DNA of 64,000 nucleotides from Hydrolagus affinis. Its lineage: Eukaryota. Positions 12,778-25,940 of this stretch are shown piece by piece. Under the pieces are notes generated by a model that did no database searches, had not been told where the DNA came from, and saw only the letters and a program-made list of their open reading frames with translations. The position numbers and the translations under genes were made by a program. The stretch lies in assembly GCA_012026655.1 (NCBI GenBank), contig JAAILG010000071.1, positions 1 to 64,000 on the forward strand, read 5' to 3'. How positions within the stretch are numbered: position 1 is the first letter of the stretch; every line of letters begins with the position of its first letter.

Positions 12778-13439
12778 CCTAGGCATCTTGTTTGACCCTC
12801 AACTGTCCTTTCTCCCCCACATCCGTGCCATGACCCACACCACCTTCCTTCAACTCTGCCATTGCTTCACCCCTCAGGCTGCCGAAACCCTCATACATGC
12901 CTTCATTACATCCAGGCTCTGCTTTTTGGCTTTCCCATCTCTTCCCTCCATAGGCTGCAGATGATCCATAACCCCTCCCTTGACCCTATCAACTCCATCC
13001 TTGCCTGACTTCACCGGCTTCCCATCACATAGAGGATGCAGTTCAAGGTCTTGGTCATCACTTTCAAAGTCTTCCATGCCCTTGCTCCCACCTACCTCTG
13101 TGACCTCCTAACCCTCTACCAACCTGCACGCTCCTTCTGCTCAGTGAGCTCCGGCCTGCACCACCATTGGCCTTCATACAAAGCCTTCAGCCACTCTGCC
13201 TCCACCCACTGGAATCCCATCCCACAGTCCCTCCGGCCCGGCCCCTCACTTACCTACTTCAAGACTCATCTCAAGACACTCCTCTTCAACTGTGCATTCG
13301 GCTACCCTCCATCCCCACCCCTGCGCTAAACCCTCCCTGATCCCGACTCCCAGTTCGGGTTGGAAACACTGCTTATCCAGTTCCTTGGAACTTCCTCCTG
13401 ACCTGAAAGATGCTGCATAAATATAATTTTGTTGTTGTT
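12778..13439 (+). mobile_element. L2-clade LINE 3' fragment
   Basis: LGILFDPQLSFLPHI, AETLIHAFITSRL, QFKVLVITFK and FKTHLKTLLF remnants; ends taattttgttgttgtt. Confidence 0.88.
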
Positions 13440-14654
13440 CTCAACAATAATTTTCATTTATATACTGCCTCTTAAACAGGATAGCAACCCAAAGCACTCA
13501 AGGTCATGAAGTTGTAAATCATTTTTAGGTTGGTACAAAGCTCTGCCTTTCCTCATCAAGCGCTTTATATCTAACTCTTGGAAGAACAAATACAAAACTC
13601 AAACGCATTTAAAGCCAAGCAATCATGATTATAAATCTAACCTTTTAGGAGAAAGTTTGTGAGAATTCTTTGCACAGAAAGTTGTCCAACAAACTTCTTC
13701 CTATTAACAAGTATAACTGACTGCTAGTGGTACAGCTGTTTATAACTGAGGACAGGCAGTTTGATGGAATGATTCACTGTGTGAGTCCACATTAATCAAG
13801 CTACTCTGCTCCCACATGTTCAATTCTTATTGTTATACAATAATTACAATTCTTTTGTTCAAGATCTATTTTGAAATAGTGAATTGTCATGATGAGCAAT
13901 TTTATTTTTTAAAAACACATCCCAAAACTTGTCCATACCATGTTTTGTTACCGTTTGTTTTATTGAGTATATATGAGTATTGTGACCGTTAATACTTGTG
14001 ACATCATGTGGATGCCTAGTTGGAGCCACTCATGTCTGATGATGGAGGGAGTGGAATTAACGTGTGGAGTTGATGCCGATCCTGCCTTAATTAATGATCG
14101 TCACTGCCAAGGAACTCAATTAAGCCACTAAAGATAGGTATTAGCCTGGAGTACATCAGCTTGAACTTCAAATGCTAATTCTATTCCTTAATATAAACTT
14201 AAGTATCTCCTTCGAGCATTATAAGTTTATCAAATGACCCCAATGATACGTTTTAGGCTAAATGATACAGTTTAATAAGATAAAACTGTAGATTAAAGAG
14301 AAGGTACATTTTAATTCGATAAAATATTCAGAACCGAAATTTAGGATTATTTGGAATTTGGAAAGCTAGTAGCATTGTCTACAAGTTAACACTGTACTAC
14401 ACTTCCATCTTTTTAATTGCAGAATAAGAAGCTGCAAGAACAGAGGTTGTCTGTGGCAGTATAAGATTTATGTTCTAAATTCCTACAGTAGATCTTCTTT
14501 AAGTTTTTTTTTAAAAAAAGTCACGGTTTTATAGTCACAGTTAAAAAAGAAATGCTTGAATGTTGAAGGCACTCGACCCATTTGATTTCATGCTTCCAGA
14601 ATGTTCTTCAAATTAATTCAGCAACCTGATGACAACCAGCCTGTTTGGTTACCC

Positions 14655-14757
14655 AACAAAAACAGAAGTTGCTGGGAAAACTCAGCAGGTCAGGCAGCAT
14701 CCATGGAGAAAGGAAAATGAGTCAATGTTTCGGGTCCACGACCCTTCATCAGAACGG
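14655..14757 (-). mobile_element. Short Penelope-type repeat with intact hammerhead core boxes, inserted into an old CR1-like fragment (about 14560-15000)
   Basis: Minus strand ccgtt-CTGATGA-a-gggtc-gtg-gaccc-GAAA-catt-gactc. Flanked by tttggttaccc (14644-14654) and tttggtaaccc (14761-14771). Confidence 0.82.
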
Positions 14758-17700
14758 TTTTTTGGTAACCCGTTTCAGTTGGTAATTACCCTCTGGGTAA
14801 ATAAATACTTCCAGGTGTCAGTCCCGAAAATGCTCTTTGCAACCTTAAAAACCTGTGTCCTCTTGTTCTGCTGTTTCAGTGAATCTGAATGTAACCTCGG
14901 TGCATCCGGAATTGTAGTCTATATTCTGGCAGCAGTTCTGTTTACAATTATGCCTTGAATCACCCTTGAAAGAATAGATCTTGTGAAGGTTGTAGCCACA
15001 ATGTATTTTAAGGTGAAACAACAATGCTACCATCAGAAGCAACACAACAAAGGACAATTTCTGTGTCTGCCCTCAAAAAGCTGGTCAGTGAAATTTGTAA
15101 AGCACTCAATCCCCATGAGGTTGGCAGTACTATCTTCTAAAAACTAAGGTGGAAAATGCATACACGGAAAGATACAGTGCATGTATCTATTGTGCATGTT
15201 AAGGTAAGAAAAATATCAGCTGTTAAATAATGTCAGATCAAGAATTAATGCTATCAATTTATGTGCTAATTGGTAGGCTAAAAAGGCAACAATAATAAAT
15301 TACTAGAAAGGTTGTATCCAGAAGAACACAATATAATTTATTAAGAAGATAGTGTATTGTGTAAATGTTAAAACTAGCTTATATCAGAGTCAAAACATTA
15401 GGCATTAAAAGGGCAAACAACTGCCCTTTGCATAATGTTACGAATCACAGAAATACAATTCTTGCAGCAGATTGCTGGTTTAATCATTAAGTAAAATGAA
15501 CATATGTTGAGAATATATAATTATACATTGGCTCTTCCAGCCCCACATATGACTTATTCCATCTAGGCTTCTGGTAGAACAGCCAAGCCAATTTGTCTGC
15601 CTAAAACATAATCTCTTTGGAAAGTGACCTGTTTTATCAACAATCTTAGGAGTTCTAATGTCGACTGAATAATAATTAACTTTGGAAATGGATTATACGT
15701 GTTCCACTTACAAAATAAAAGGTGCATCAAACAGGCACGAAAAGACTGGAATTAAATTAAATTTTGTAAAATAAAAAGTTTAAAAGGCCAGAATATCTTA
15801 TACTAGGATGGTCCAAATAGAGGGCCATGGGTCATATATAGGCGGGCGAATGATTTCATCGAACTGGAGCACAGCCCTAATCAGTGTTTCAGACACAAGG
15901 CAGAGGTAAGCAGGAAAAGCTGTCAATTAGTTTTCAGACTGGTAACAAGAGAGACGCAGAGTGATATATTTATATATAAAGAGAGAGAGAGAAAGATCTG
16001 CATACACAGATACAGGGACATAACAACAACAACACATTTATGGAGCACCTTTCATGTGGGGAGGATGTCCCAAGGCACTGGTCTGGACATACACTGCCCA
16101 AGGAAGTGAGAGAGAGATATATAGAGTTGCACACAGATAGAGAGACGGGGGTGTAGGAAGCAAGAGGGGTCTCCCTTGAACTGAACTGGCTCCAAGATAA
16201 CATGCTTGGCAATGAAATGTTGGAGTCGAGTTAGCCTTCTGTGGCTATCTTGGTAGTACTGGTTCCTGAGCCAGGTAGATCTGCAATATTCTAGGGCACT
16301 GCTGATGACAGCACAGCCAGCCTGGCAGACCAGTCACTGGGGGCAGGGAGTCATCCCACTCGGCTTCTGTATTTATGAAGCCATTGGAAGAATAGAATTC
16401 ATAATGGTGAAACACACCATACAAATGTCATTTAGTTCACTGAAGCAACTCCAATTCTGTCTGAAGGAAGTGTAACCTTTATGGTTTAAATGGTCCCTAG
16501 TGCACTTGCAGTTTTACTACAAACTGCCTATAATACGGCATTAATTAAAGGGGAGCAGTATGCCTTAGGCAGGCTACATTAACAGCATTGTCGCCTTAAA
16601 TATTACCCTACTGCTAATGATCTGTCAAATTAACTTTTTCTCTTACAATATTAATTCCTTCAATCAAGATCAGTGCTCCTGTTACTCTACTGCCATTGTA
16701 ATTGGAAGAAATTAAGAACCACAGTGTCATGTTCTTGCTCATTTACTGTTTGAACTAATTTTCTATTCAATGTATGGTACCAGAATAGATGCAACAGACT
16801 CACCATGTACAGTTAATTAAAAGTACATTGTTGTACAAACAAGCAACTTGGATTCATATAGAGCTCTCCGCGCCAGACGGAGTCTCAGAGCGCTTCACAG
16901 TAGCGGAGCTCGAGGCCGAGCCAGGGGGAGGGGGGAAGGTGACCATTGGCATGGTCGAATATGTAATGTAATTTTATTCTGGTTGCAGCGACTTCGCTTT
17001 TTCTGTGTTCTTTAGTTTGTTCCCACTGCTTGGGTACATGTGCTTTGTGATGCACGATGCCACAGTGCAACAGCTAGTTGGCGTGGCCACCAGGTGTAAC
17101 TGCTGTGTATGTCCGCTGTGTGCACCAAGCCACTGACAAAGTCAGCCGGCGCGGACAGCAGGTGTAATGGCAGTGTATGCACACATATGTAGGTGCTCTG
17201 CGACGCACAATGCCACAGTGCCACTTCGACTCAGCGGCCACCAGGAGTAACTGCAGCGAAACACACAAAATTTTAACTAATTCTGGAATGATAGGAGATA
17301 CCTGAAAATAAATATGCCCATGTCACTCCCAGATGCAATACCTCTCCGATGAGGTATAAATGTCTCTACCTCAATCAGTTATTGAGATCCTTCTTGAAGT
17401 GCAGACAGACATTGCCATTTTATCAGTACTGTATAGAAAAAGAGAGAAGACTAGAGCTGAGCCATTCATGATCACCAGTGCAAACCTAATGCAAAGGCTT
17501 CATATGTGTGCTATAAAGGGAACAGTATATTATATCCTGGAACAACCAGATGTCACATTCAATTAAACTGAAATGAGCAGAACTTTTGGTCCTCTTCTGA
17601 CACTATTCAACGTATGTTGATAGTAGGATGAAGGGCATAAATGTCCCTGTCAGGTAAGCGTGAATTCCCCTCAATAATTTAGAATTCTCTCCCACTAGTT

Positions 17701-18779
17701 TCACTTTATCACTGTTTCAGAATGAATGAAAGGTAATGTATTCTCCAGCAGAGACAGGATAACACCAGTTTTCAGTTGGTCGTATGTGCCTGGCACAATT
17801 ATAATTGCTGTACTACAGGGAAAGGGGAATAAAAAGGAAATAAAAATTGAATGACTGGAACACTCCAGCTGGCCCAACTCCGTCAGCATGAAAATGCCTT
17901 TTGCTCCCTTGTGTTGGGAGAAGGGGAAGGAACGCCAAGCAGAGTGGCAAACAAAAGAAATGCATTTGTGCCAGCACCCATAATTCATCACCTTTGGTAC
18001 AAACTGTACTTTTCAGCACTTTTAAACTTCCATTCATATCACATCTTTTACTTCTACTGCTTTAAATCCCATCTAAATATTAAATTTACATACGAGGCAG
18101 GCGCATGAATTACCCATGACAGAACAGATTAAGATCGAAGAATAATGTTGCATTAGTCTAACCTTCCGACTCTCAGTGCACAAATACCTGCTGGTAGGTT
18201 TCTGAGAAATTTATGAACCAGACTGGACTTCTCCAGGCTACAATTAGTTTTATTCCTTTTTTTGTGACCAATACTCTGCCCTCGTCTTCCTGTAAAGGTG
18301 CTGACAGGTACTAGACCACTGCAAAATCATTCAGACAAATTGTATCAGCTCTTCTATTGGTGCTGCTAGGATCAGCTATTTCAGCAATGAAACCAGGGAT
18401 GGTTTTGCATGGTAAAAAGCTGCACGAGATGGAATGCAAATCGTTTGTTCAACTAGAATTACATTGTTTTCCTTTTCACAATGATTAATGTAGCAATGAT
18501 TTTAATAAATGCCTGAGTTAAAATATTACTACACACTGTGAATAGCATTTGGAACTTCTAAGCAAGTATTATTATTGTTACTGGGCCAGTTTGCATTCTC
18601 TAATTTGTGTCATGGAGATATATTGTGTACTATATCTATCAGTTTATCTCTGGGTAAAATCAAAGGTGAAGGAAACACTTGTTATAATTTCATCCTGGGG
18701 CATCGTTTGTTTATCAGAAAGGTTTTTTGAATATTACTATTTAAACCTGGTTAGGGCAACTGAATACGTCATTCAGTTG

Positions 18780-19650
18780 AGATATTAAACCAAGGTCTCA
18801 GGTATCTGCCTGTTCAGGTGGACGTTAAAGATCCCATGGCACTATTCGAAAAGAGAAGGGAGTTTCTCCTGGTGTCCTGACCAACAAACAAACAAACAAA
18901 CAAATCTTACATTTATTAAGCGCCTTTCACGTCGAGAGGACGTCCCAAGACGCTGTACAGTTAGGTAAGGACAAGAGCAGCGGGGGAGGAGTCGGGGCAG
19001 GACGAAGAAAAGTAGGAAAATAATATTTGTGGGCGAAACAAATCCCCTGGATGAAATTGGTCACTCGCCCCCTGCTGTTTCTGAGACATTGCTGTGCTCA
19101 AACTGGCTACTGCATTTCACCCGCAAAATACAGTCAATCCACTTTACAGTAAGAGTTTAAGCACTCTGAGATGCTACCCAGCATGGAGGGCGCTATATAA
19201 ATGCAAGTTGTTGCTGTTTTATAACTTATAAGGGAGCTCCTGTAGCTCAGTGGTTAGAGCACTTGTCTTGCAAGCTGGGGAGACCAAGCTGGGGAGACCT
19301 GTGTTCGATTCCAGACAAGCCAGGGCGAAACCTTGGGCAAGTTTCTTTATTCCACATGCCTCATAATAATCCCTCCCCAAAAACCCCACAATAATAAAAT
19401 TGGTCATTTCAATCCACGACTGTATGTGGGACACATTGTATGTGCAATTGGCTGCCGCGATTCGCCCACAAATATATACAGTCAATTCACTTTACAGTAT
19501 ATTCTGTGAAGCGCTTTAGGATGTCGATAAGATGTGAAAAGCGCTATACCAAATGCAAGGAATAATATATTATATTATTACTATAAAGTGTTTTGAGACA
19601 TTCTCAATTATCTGATAAGGTGCTATATAAATTGCAAGGATTATTATTAT
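18780..19650 (+). mobile_element. Old Deu-domain SINE host carrying nested insertions
   Basis: The Deu domain caggtggacgttaaagatcccatggcactattcgaa...ggtgtcctgacc (18780-18885) resumes at about 19021 and again at 19581-19650 (tail). It is interrupted by L2 tails (about 18886-19020 minus, about 19160-19218 plus) and a young SINE. Confidence 0.7.
19232..19580 (+). mobile_element. Full-length tRNA-headed Deu-domain SINE
   Basis: A box TAGCTCAGTGG, B box GTTCGATTCC, Deu core, L2-like tail and (TTA)n. Has an internal duplication of aagctggggagacc. Confidence 0.9.
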
Positions 19651-20814
19651 GTATAAAATAATGATTCAAGAGTAACAAAAGTTGCTTCTTGGATGCATCT
19701 GAGCTTAGAAATGGTATTGTTCCTGTGATCCATTTAGTTTGCATGCAGTGCACCTAAAAAGTGATGACTTGTGGATATTCCAAAGAATTTGGTTGGAAAT
19801 GACACAGTCAATTGGATTGACAAATTGTCACCTGGTTGCAATTGTTACATTCTGATTCTTCATTCCATACCACTGAATAGAAAGGGGAGAACCAGATTTT
19901 GGAGAGTTCTTCAGTGTCAGCTTTTCCACTTATACAATACTTTGGTGAAGAAAAAAATGTGAAGATGCTACAGAAGAGACTAATGTGAGGCTCAAACAAT
20001 TAAAAACACGACCATGATAGAAATACAATTACACGCACAATTACACTCCAAAAGTCTAGGACCATCTTCCCTCCAAAATCTTATCACAACATGGGAACAC
20101 GAATGTTCCTGTGATGATCTGAACATTTGCAAAGTTTTGAGAAATTCCAAATAGTAGAGTTCTAATCCACGCATATCAACTAATTGGTTTTCCGCAGAGA
20201 CTGTTAAACAGTCCATTAAGCAGGTGACCAAGATAAAGGGTATGTTCTGTAGCTGATAGTGGAGGTATGCTTTGTCGATATTGCTGTAAGTGAAGTAATG
20301 TTGCTTTCTGCAGTAAAGCAGAAAACTGATTTATGTCTCCTGTTTTGTATTAATGAGAAGTTTCAGAGTTTCATGCATGGTTGTTTGTTTATTTTACAGA
20401 ATTCCAAAATCGAGTGTAGAATCATTTTTTAAAAAATGTTATTGAAGAAGATGCTTATCTAACCAGCATTTTAAATAACATAAAAAGTTTTATCTTGAAT
20501 GTTTCTAAGCCACTTCCTCAAAGTGGACTCTTTGAGGTGCTTTGCATGCATTGCAGAGTTGACTGATTACAGAAACACTACTGTTCTAACCTAAGATGTA
20601 TCCAAGAAGCAGCATTTGTCCCCGTTGAATTATAATCTATGAATTCTGAAATACAAGAATCTACAAGGAATCCACAGAGCTGACCTGATCAGGTATCAGG
20701 TCAGAACAACCTTAGCAATATCCAAAACGCCCTTCTGAGAAAAAAAATTATACGCTAGGAATGGATTGTAACAAGTGTTCCTTTCACTCACTGGTTTTAC
20801 CCAGTTCTTTTACT

Positions 20815-21057
20815 ACAACAAGATACTGTACAACAAAATTTCACTTGTAGGGCGCCTGTCACATCAGGAGGACGTCCCAAGGCATTGGACAGTCATTGTT
20901 TCACACCCGAGCTGGGGTCAAGGATGGGGAGTGTGGAGGGAAAGGGGGGGCATTTGGGGTGACCGATGGGAGTGTCGATAAGGAGGGTCTTGAGGTGGGA
21001 CTTGAAGGAGACCAAGGAGAGGGCGAGGCGGAGGGACTGCGGGATGGAGTTCCCGAT
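20815..21057 (-). mobile_element. L2 LINE 3' end fragment
   Basis: caacaaaatttcacttgtagggcgcctgtcacatcaggaggacgtcccaagg tail followed by G-rich L2 3' sequence. Confidence 0.8.
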
Positions 21058-21075
21058 GTTTATTATTTACTAATA

Positions 21076-21326
21076 CAGGTATCCCCCGATTTACAACATT
21101 TCTATTTACACGGTTTTGATTTAACGAACATAATTTTTTAACACCTTTTTATCAATATACGACATTTGGTTTCGTTTAACAACAAAAAATTTGACCCATC
21201 TGTTTTGCGCATGCACAGTACATAGTGTATTTTGTGGGATCGCATGGGAAACCACGTTTCGATTTACGATGTTTCGATTTGCGTGACATTTTTCAGGAAC
21301 GCAACCCTGTCGTAAATCGGGGGATA
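21076..21326. mobile_element. MITE / non-autonomous DNA transposon, Tc1-mariner (Tigger-like)
   Basis: Perfect 15-bp inverted repeat tatcccccgatttac (21080-21094) and gtaaatcgggggata (21312-21326). The left end begins TA|CAGG; the right outermost bases appear lost. Interior retains CpGs. Confidence 0.78.
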
Positions 21327-23803
21327 TAGTCAATGTAGATGACTATAGTTTCATGCTGAGAGTATATTGCATATTATTTATTGTTTTCTGAAATTTACAG
21401 CTTTCCTAACAAAATAATGTGTCTGATAGTAATTCGGGATGTATTATAGAATCATAATAATGTATTGTAGATGAATTGTAAACAAATGGTTATTTGATAT
21501 CAACTGTTTTGGGTTAAGTATGTACAGAATGCTTTTTGGAACAGGCCAGATTCTTTCCTTTCCCTATATTTCCTCAGGTTTATTTCATCACGTTATCGAC
21601 CAGTGAATAGCAAACTGCTTTTTCCTGTGTCAAAATAAACAGCACCTTGGGACGTCCTCCCGACGTGAAACAACAAATCTAATTTTGTTGTTGTTGTTGT
21701 TGCTTTACTCTTACTCAACTGTACACGGCAATCTGAGATTTGAGAATAAAGGGAGAGTACATGGCATTCTATTTACTGATTTCAGAAATGTGCAGCTCTG
21801 TAACAAAGTAATGTGTAGCAATGTTCCATCATGATGAGAAAAGTATGTTTGAAGTCAAGGGACACCTATTATCTTATCAATCTTTAAATAATAGTCAAAA
21901 ACAGAAATATACAAAATAGCTTGTAATGCATGCATCGTGCATCATCTTTTGTTAACTCAGTTTTTCCATTGAAGCATTTGCTGAGATGTAAACTGTGTGT
22001 TTTTATAATGAATTGTAAATGGCAAGAAGTCATGGTTTATTCATGTTTGGCAATGCAGTAAAGTAAATATTGGCAAAAAGTAATGGCAGTTGTACTGTCA
22101 CTAGCTTTAACAGAACAATAAAGGCTCTCCTTATTTTGGGGTGCTCTGGATGTACCTCATCTGTCACCAGCTGCCCTTCAGTGCCTTTGCCTACGCTGTC
22201 TGAAGTTTTTGTTCCTAGCTGACAATCACTGTGTTTGCAAAGGGCTGAGAGCAGACTGGCGTCACATTCAAGCACTGCTATGTTGCGTTTGCACCACTTA
22301 CTGCCCTCAGAGGTTTAAAATGAATGCAGAAGGATTGAGATGAATGTAAACAGTGTCCATGCTGGTATATGAACAATGTACTGTATATGGTGGTACCAAT
22401 GTTCACAACACCATCACCAAATTAAATTGCATGCTTGAAACCGACAGAATATAATTAGTGCATAGTCAGTGACAGCACTGCCATGGATGGCGTCAGGTTA
22501 TTCAACTATGCATGGCTGGGTTAAAGGCTGTGTACTAGTAGGCTCTCTGTTGGCATGGAGCCTGGTGCAGGAGAGGACACAAGTTTCCGAGTTTTGGATG
22601 ATCTGCAACTTGAGGAGGAAAGAGTTGGAAAGGCTGATAAGCATGGAGTTGGCATCGTCGAACCTAGATGTGATAAATACTAGGTTCTATATTTAATAAG
22701 AGTATCTAATGTATGTTAACATCTAGCTGTAACTAATTATTCTGAATAACTATTTTTTATTTTATGTATGGATAAAAATGTTATAGTTAGCAACAACGCA
22801 TGTTATCTATGGTATATTTCTTAGTTTGTTCAAAAGTGGAAGCAATCACAGAATTCTGGGTTGTCTTAAGTTGACCAAAGAAAATCACAAACACTCATGG
22901 ATTTGTTGACTTCATAAAAGCTGAGTATATGAGGCAAATCAATGGATGCAAGGACAAATAGAAGATAGTGTTTCTCCTTGCTTTGCAGTTGATAGTTTTA
23001 ACAACACATTGAACAGACTGGTGGACGTGATCGAAAAAGTATAAAGAACCAGAGATGTTTGGGTTAGAGACGAGCTAAGTATTGGGAACAGAGCAACCAA
23101 TCTCGGGGAAAGAAGGATATACTGCAATCAAAATGGATTGACGAACATTAACAAGTCGATTCCTCCATCAAAGCCACTGTATTGATTCGATCAACCCATA
23201 GCAGTGAACTTTAACCTGTCGTAAGCATTCTTTTGATTACTAACACATCGTAAGCATTCATTTGGTTTGATGAAATATATCTTTGATATGAATAACCTTG
23301 CTAATCTTATTATGAAATTTTACTATTTAAAAAGAAATGTGTGCCAGTTCATACTTGTCTGCAGGGTCACAAATTTAAACGAGCCTTGCAAAAGCTACAG
23401 TCTCGAATAGAGATTTGAAACATTAATCAATGGTGTGGAGTTTCTGCCACAAATACAATTTCTGTTTTGTCTATTCGTTTTGTTTGTTTCCTGCTTGTTT
23501 TCTGCCAGTGGATTTCTAGGATACTTTGACAGGCTTAGCGGACAGAGACTTACACAAACCCAGCAGCTGGAAGGCATTCCCAGATGAAATCCAGGATTTG
23601 TTAACCTTCCTCAATGGTTTCCAGTATCTTTACAGGGCAGCAAGCGCCACTGGATCAAAAGGTATAAACTAACCACGATTCAAAGAGAACAATTTAAGTG
23701 GGTTTCCCCAAGCCTTATAGATAAATAAAAAGATAAAGTTCCTTATGGTTGTTCAGGGAATATACATGGGTAATGCCTGGATGTAAAATGTACAATTGGT
23801 TGT

Positions 23804-24123
23804 GGAGTCCTGTAGCTCAGTGGTTAGAGCACTCGCCTTATAAGCATGAGACATGTGTTCAAATCCAGGTAGGTCTGGGCGAAACCTTGGGCAAGTCTCC
23901 TTACTCCACACGCCTAATAATAATCCCTCCAAAAAAAACACCAATAAAAATTGGTCATTTCAATCCACGACTGTTTGTGGGACACTGCAATTGGCTGCCG
24001 CATTTCGCCCACAAATATACAGCCAATTCACTTTACAGTATATTCTGTGAAGCGCTTTGAGATGTCTAGAAGACGTGAAAAGTGCTATATCAAACGCAAG
24101 GATTATTATTATTTTATTATTAT
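23804..24123 (+). mobile_element. Full-length tRNA-headed Deu-domain SINE
   Basis: A and B boxes, Deu core with a small deletion, tail and (TTA)n. Confidence 0.9.
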
Positions 24124-25324
24124 AAAAGATAGGGAAGAATCTTAACTTTCTGATTCCTGATCCTTACAGGGATATAGGACAAGGAACCATTTGCCAAGAT
24201 TTCTCCAAATATTATGAAATAAGGATAGCTAGTTTCACAGAAAGATGTGAATTATGATTGACCGGCATATCTAGGTAGTTTGGATCCATTAAAATGACAT
24301 TTTATAGTAACCTGAGGAAGTCTAAAGGTCATGACTCTTGCCTTGGTATAATTAATCTTTTACATTGTCAGAACACCATTATGGTTACACTTGGTATCTA
24401 CCATACTGTACAAAACTGTTGCAAGGGTGACTCGTCCTATTGCAGTAATACCCATTACGTGCATCAATGTATTTTGGACTTATACAAATGAAGCATATCT
24501 GAACTTTGATTAAATTAGAAGAAATAACTCTAATAATTAATTTTGAGGTATAAAATTGTTAATTTTCCCTATAATTGTTAATTAAGTAGGAAGTAGTATA
24601 TAGAATAACTGATGCAGTATATAAATTATTGTGACCTCTGCAGAAAAAAGTTTTTAAGTAGTTTACAAGTAAATATTATCAACATAATGCTATGAAACAG
24701 CCATTTCTCTGTATTTATAGATGTATATTTTATGTGTATAAAACACAATGCTTACAATAATTAATATACACGTCAATAAATGATATACTGTACTGTAATA
24801 ATATTTCTTGCATTTGATATAGCTATAGCGTCTTCAAGACGCCTCAATGCACTACAATGCTAATAAGTACAGAATAGTACTCTCCAAATCAGTTACGTTC
24901 TGCCAGCTAAAGTATGGCAAACAACTTCCCTCCACTTTCATTCGACTGCAGAACTTTAGCCCGACCACAGCAGTCTTAGGATTCTGTGTCATCACAGCAT
25001 TATGTGCCATCCTAGTTCATAGAAAACATTTGCAAAGTGCAGCCTTTCATTTCTGAATTTGCTCTTATAAGAGACTAAACCTTCCTTCTAAGTAACCAAT
25101 GTGGAGGAAGTGATACTTTAAACAACTAAAAGTTTCCTGACATTTGTGGGAAAGCTGATTTGATTAGTGATCAACAGGGAATTCAACGTGTGATGTTGAT
25201 GTTTGGGACTATCAGGCCTAGATAGGTTGAAACTAAATCTATGGTCCTTATGAATAAAGCTTTGCACATTTCCCAAATGATTGCTTTGCTAGCCCTCAAC
25301 ATCTTTGTGTTATTAATGTGTCAG

Positions 25325-25546
25325 TCTTACTCCACATGTCTAATAATAATTCCTCAAAACAAAATTGGTCATTTCAATCCACAACTATATTTGTGGGACA
25401 CTGCTGTGTGTAAATGGCTGCTGCAATTCACCCACAAATATACAACAGTCAATTTACTTTTCAGTATATTCTGTATATTGTTGAGACAGCTAGAAGATGT
25501 GAAACGCGCTATATCAAATGCAAGGATTATTAATATTATTATTATT
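25325..25546 (+). mobile_element. 5'-truncated Deu-domain SINE
   Basis: Starts at ttactccaca; the core and tail match the other copies. Confidence 0.82.
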
Positions 25547-25779
25547 AACAGGCAAACTCCGCAATGGGTAAAGTGATTTTTAAAATAGTGTGTTCCTTTA
25601 GGTTAGGTTCAATGCTGTACAGGCTCCCAATGTCTCACTAAAGCACAACGATTGTGAATCAACTAATGTTATTTTCCATTGTCATACACTGAATGGTATC
25701 AGCAAGGCCCTCATCTTTGCTTAAGATTGAAACGGAAATGTACACCTAACTTCATAGCATCCAATTACATAGTTGACTT

Positions 25780-25940
25780 ATCATAAAATCATAGAATCTT
25801 ACGGCACAAAAGGAGGCCATTCAGCCCATCGAGTCTGTGCCGGCTCTTTAAAAAGAGCAATTTAATCCCACTCCCCAGCTCTCTCCCCATAACCTCGCAA
25901 ACCGTCTTCCCCAAATAAATGTCTACTTCTCTTTTAAAAG
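25780..25940 (-). mobile_element. CR1 LINE 3' tail fragment
   Basis: atcatagaatcttacggcacaaaaggaggccattcagcccatcgagtctgtgccggctcttt matches the reverse complement of 54195-54272. Confidence 0.75.

Noticed and set aside
17036-17256. CRISPR-like repeat-spacer reading of the tandem units
   Set aside because: Vertebrate intron, degenerate repeats, irregular spacing, mutually similar spacers and no cas genes.
22155-22217. Possible 63-nt in-frame cassette exon on the minus strand (LGTKTSDSVGKGTEGQLVTDE)
   Set aside because: Weak acceptor and donor (gtacat), and no similarity to any catenin insert I know.
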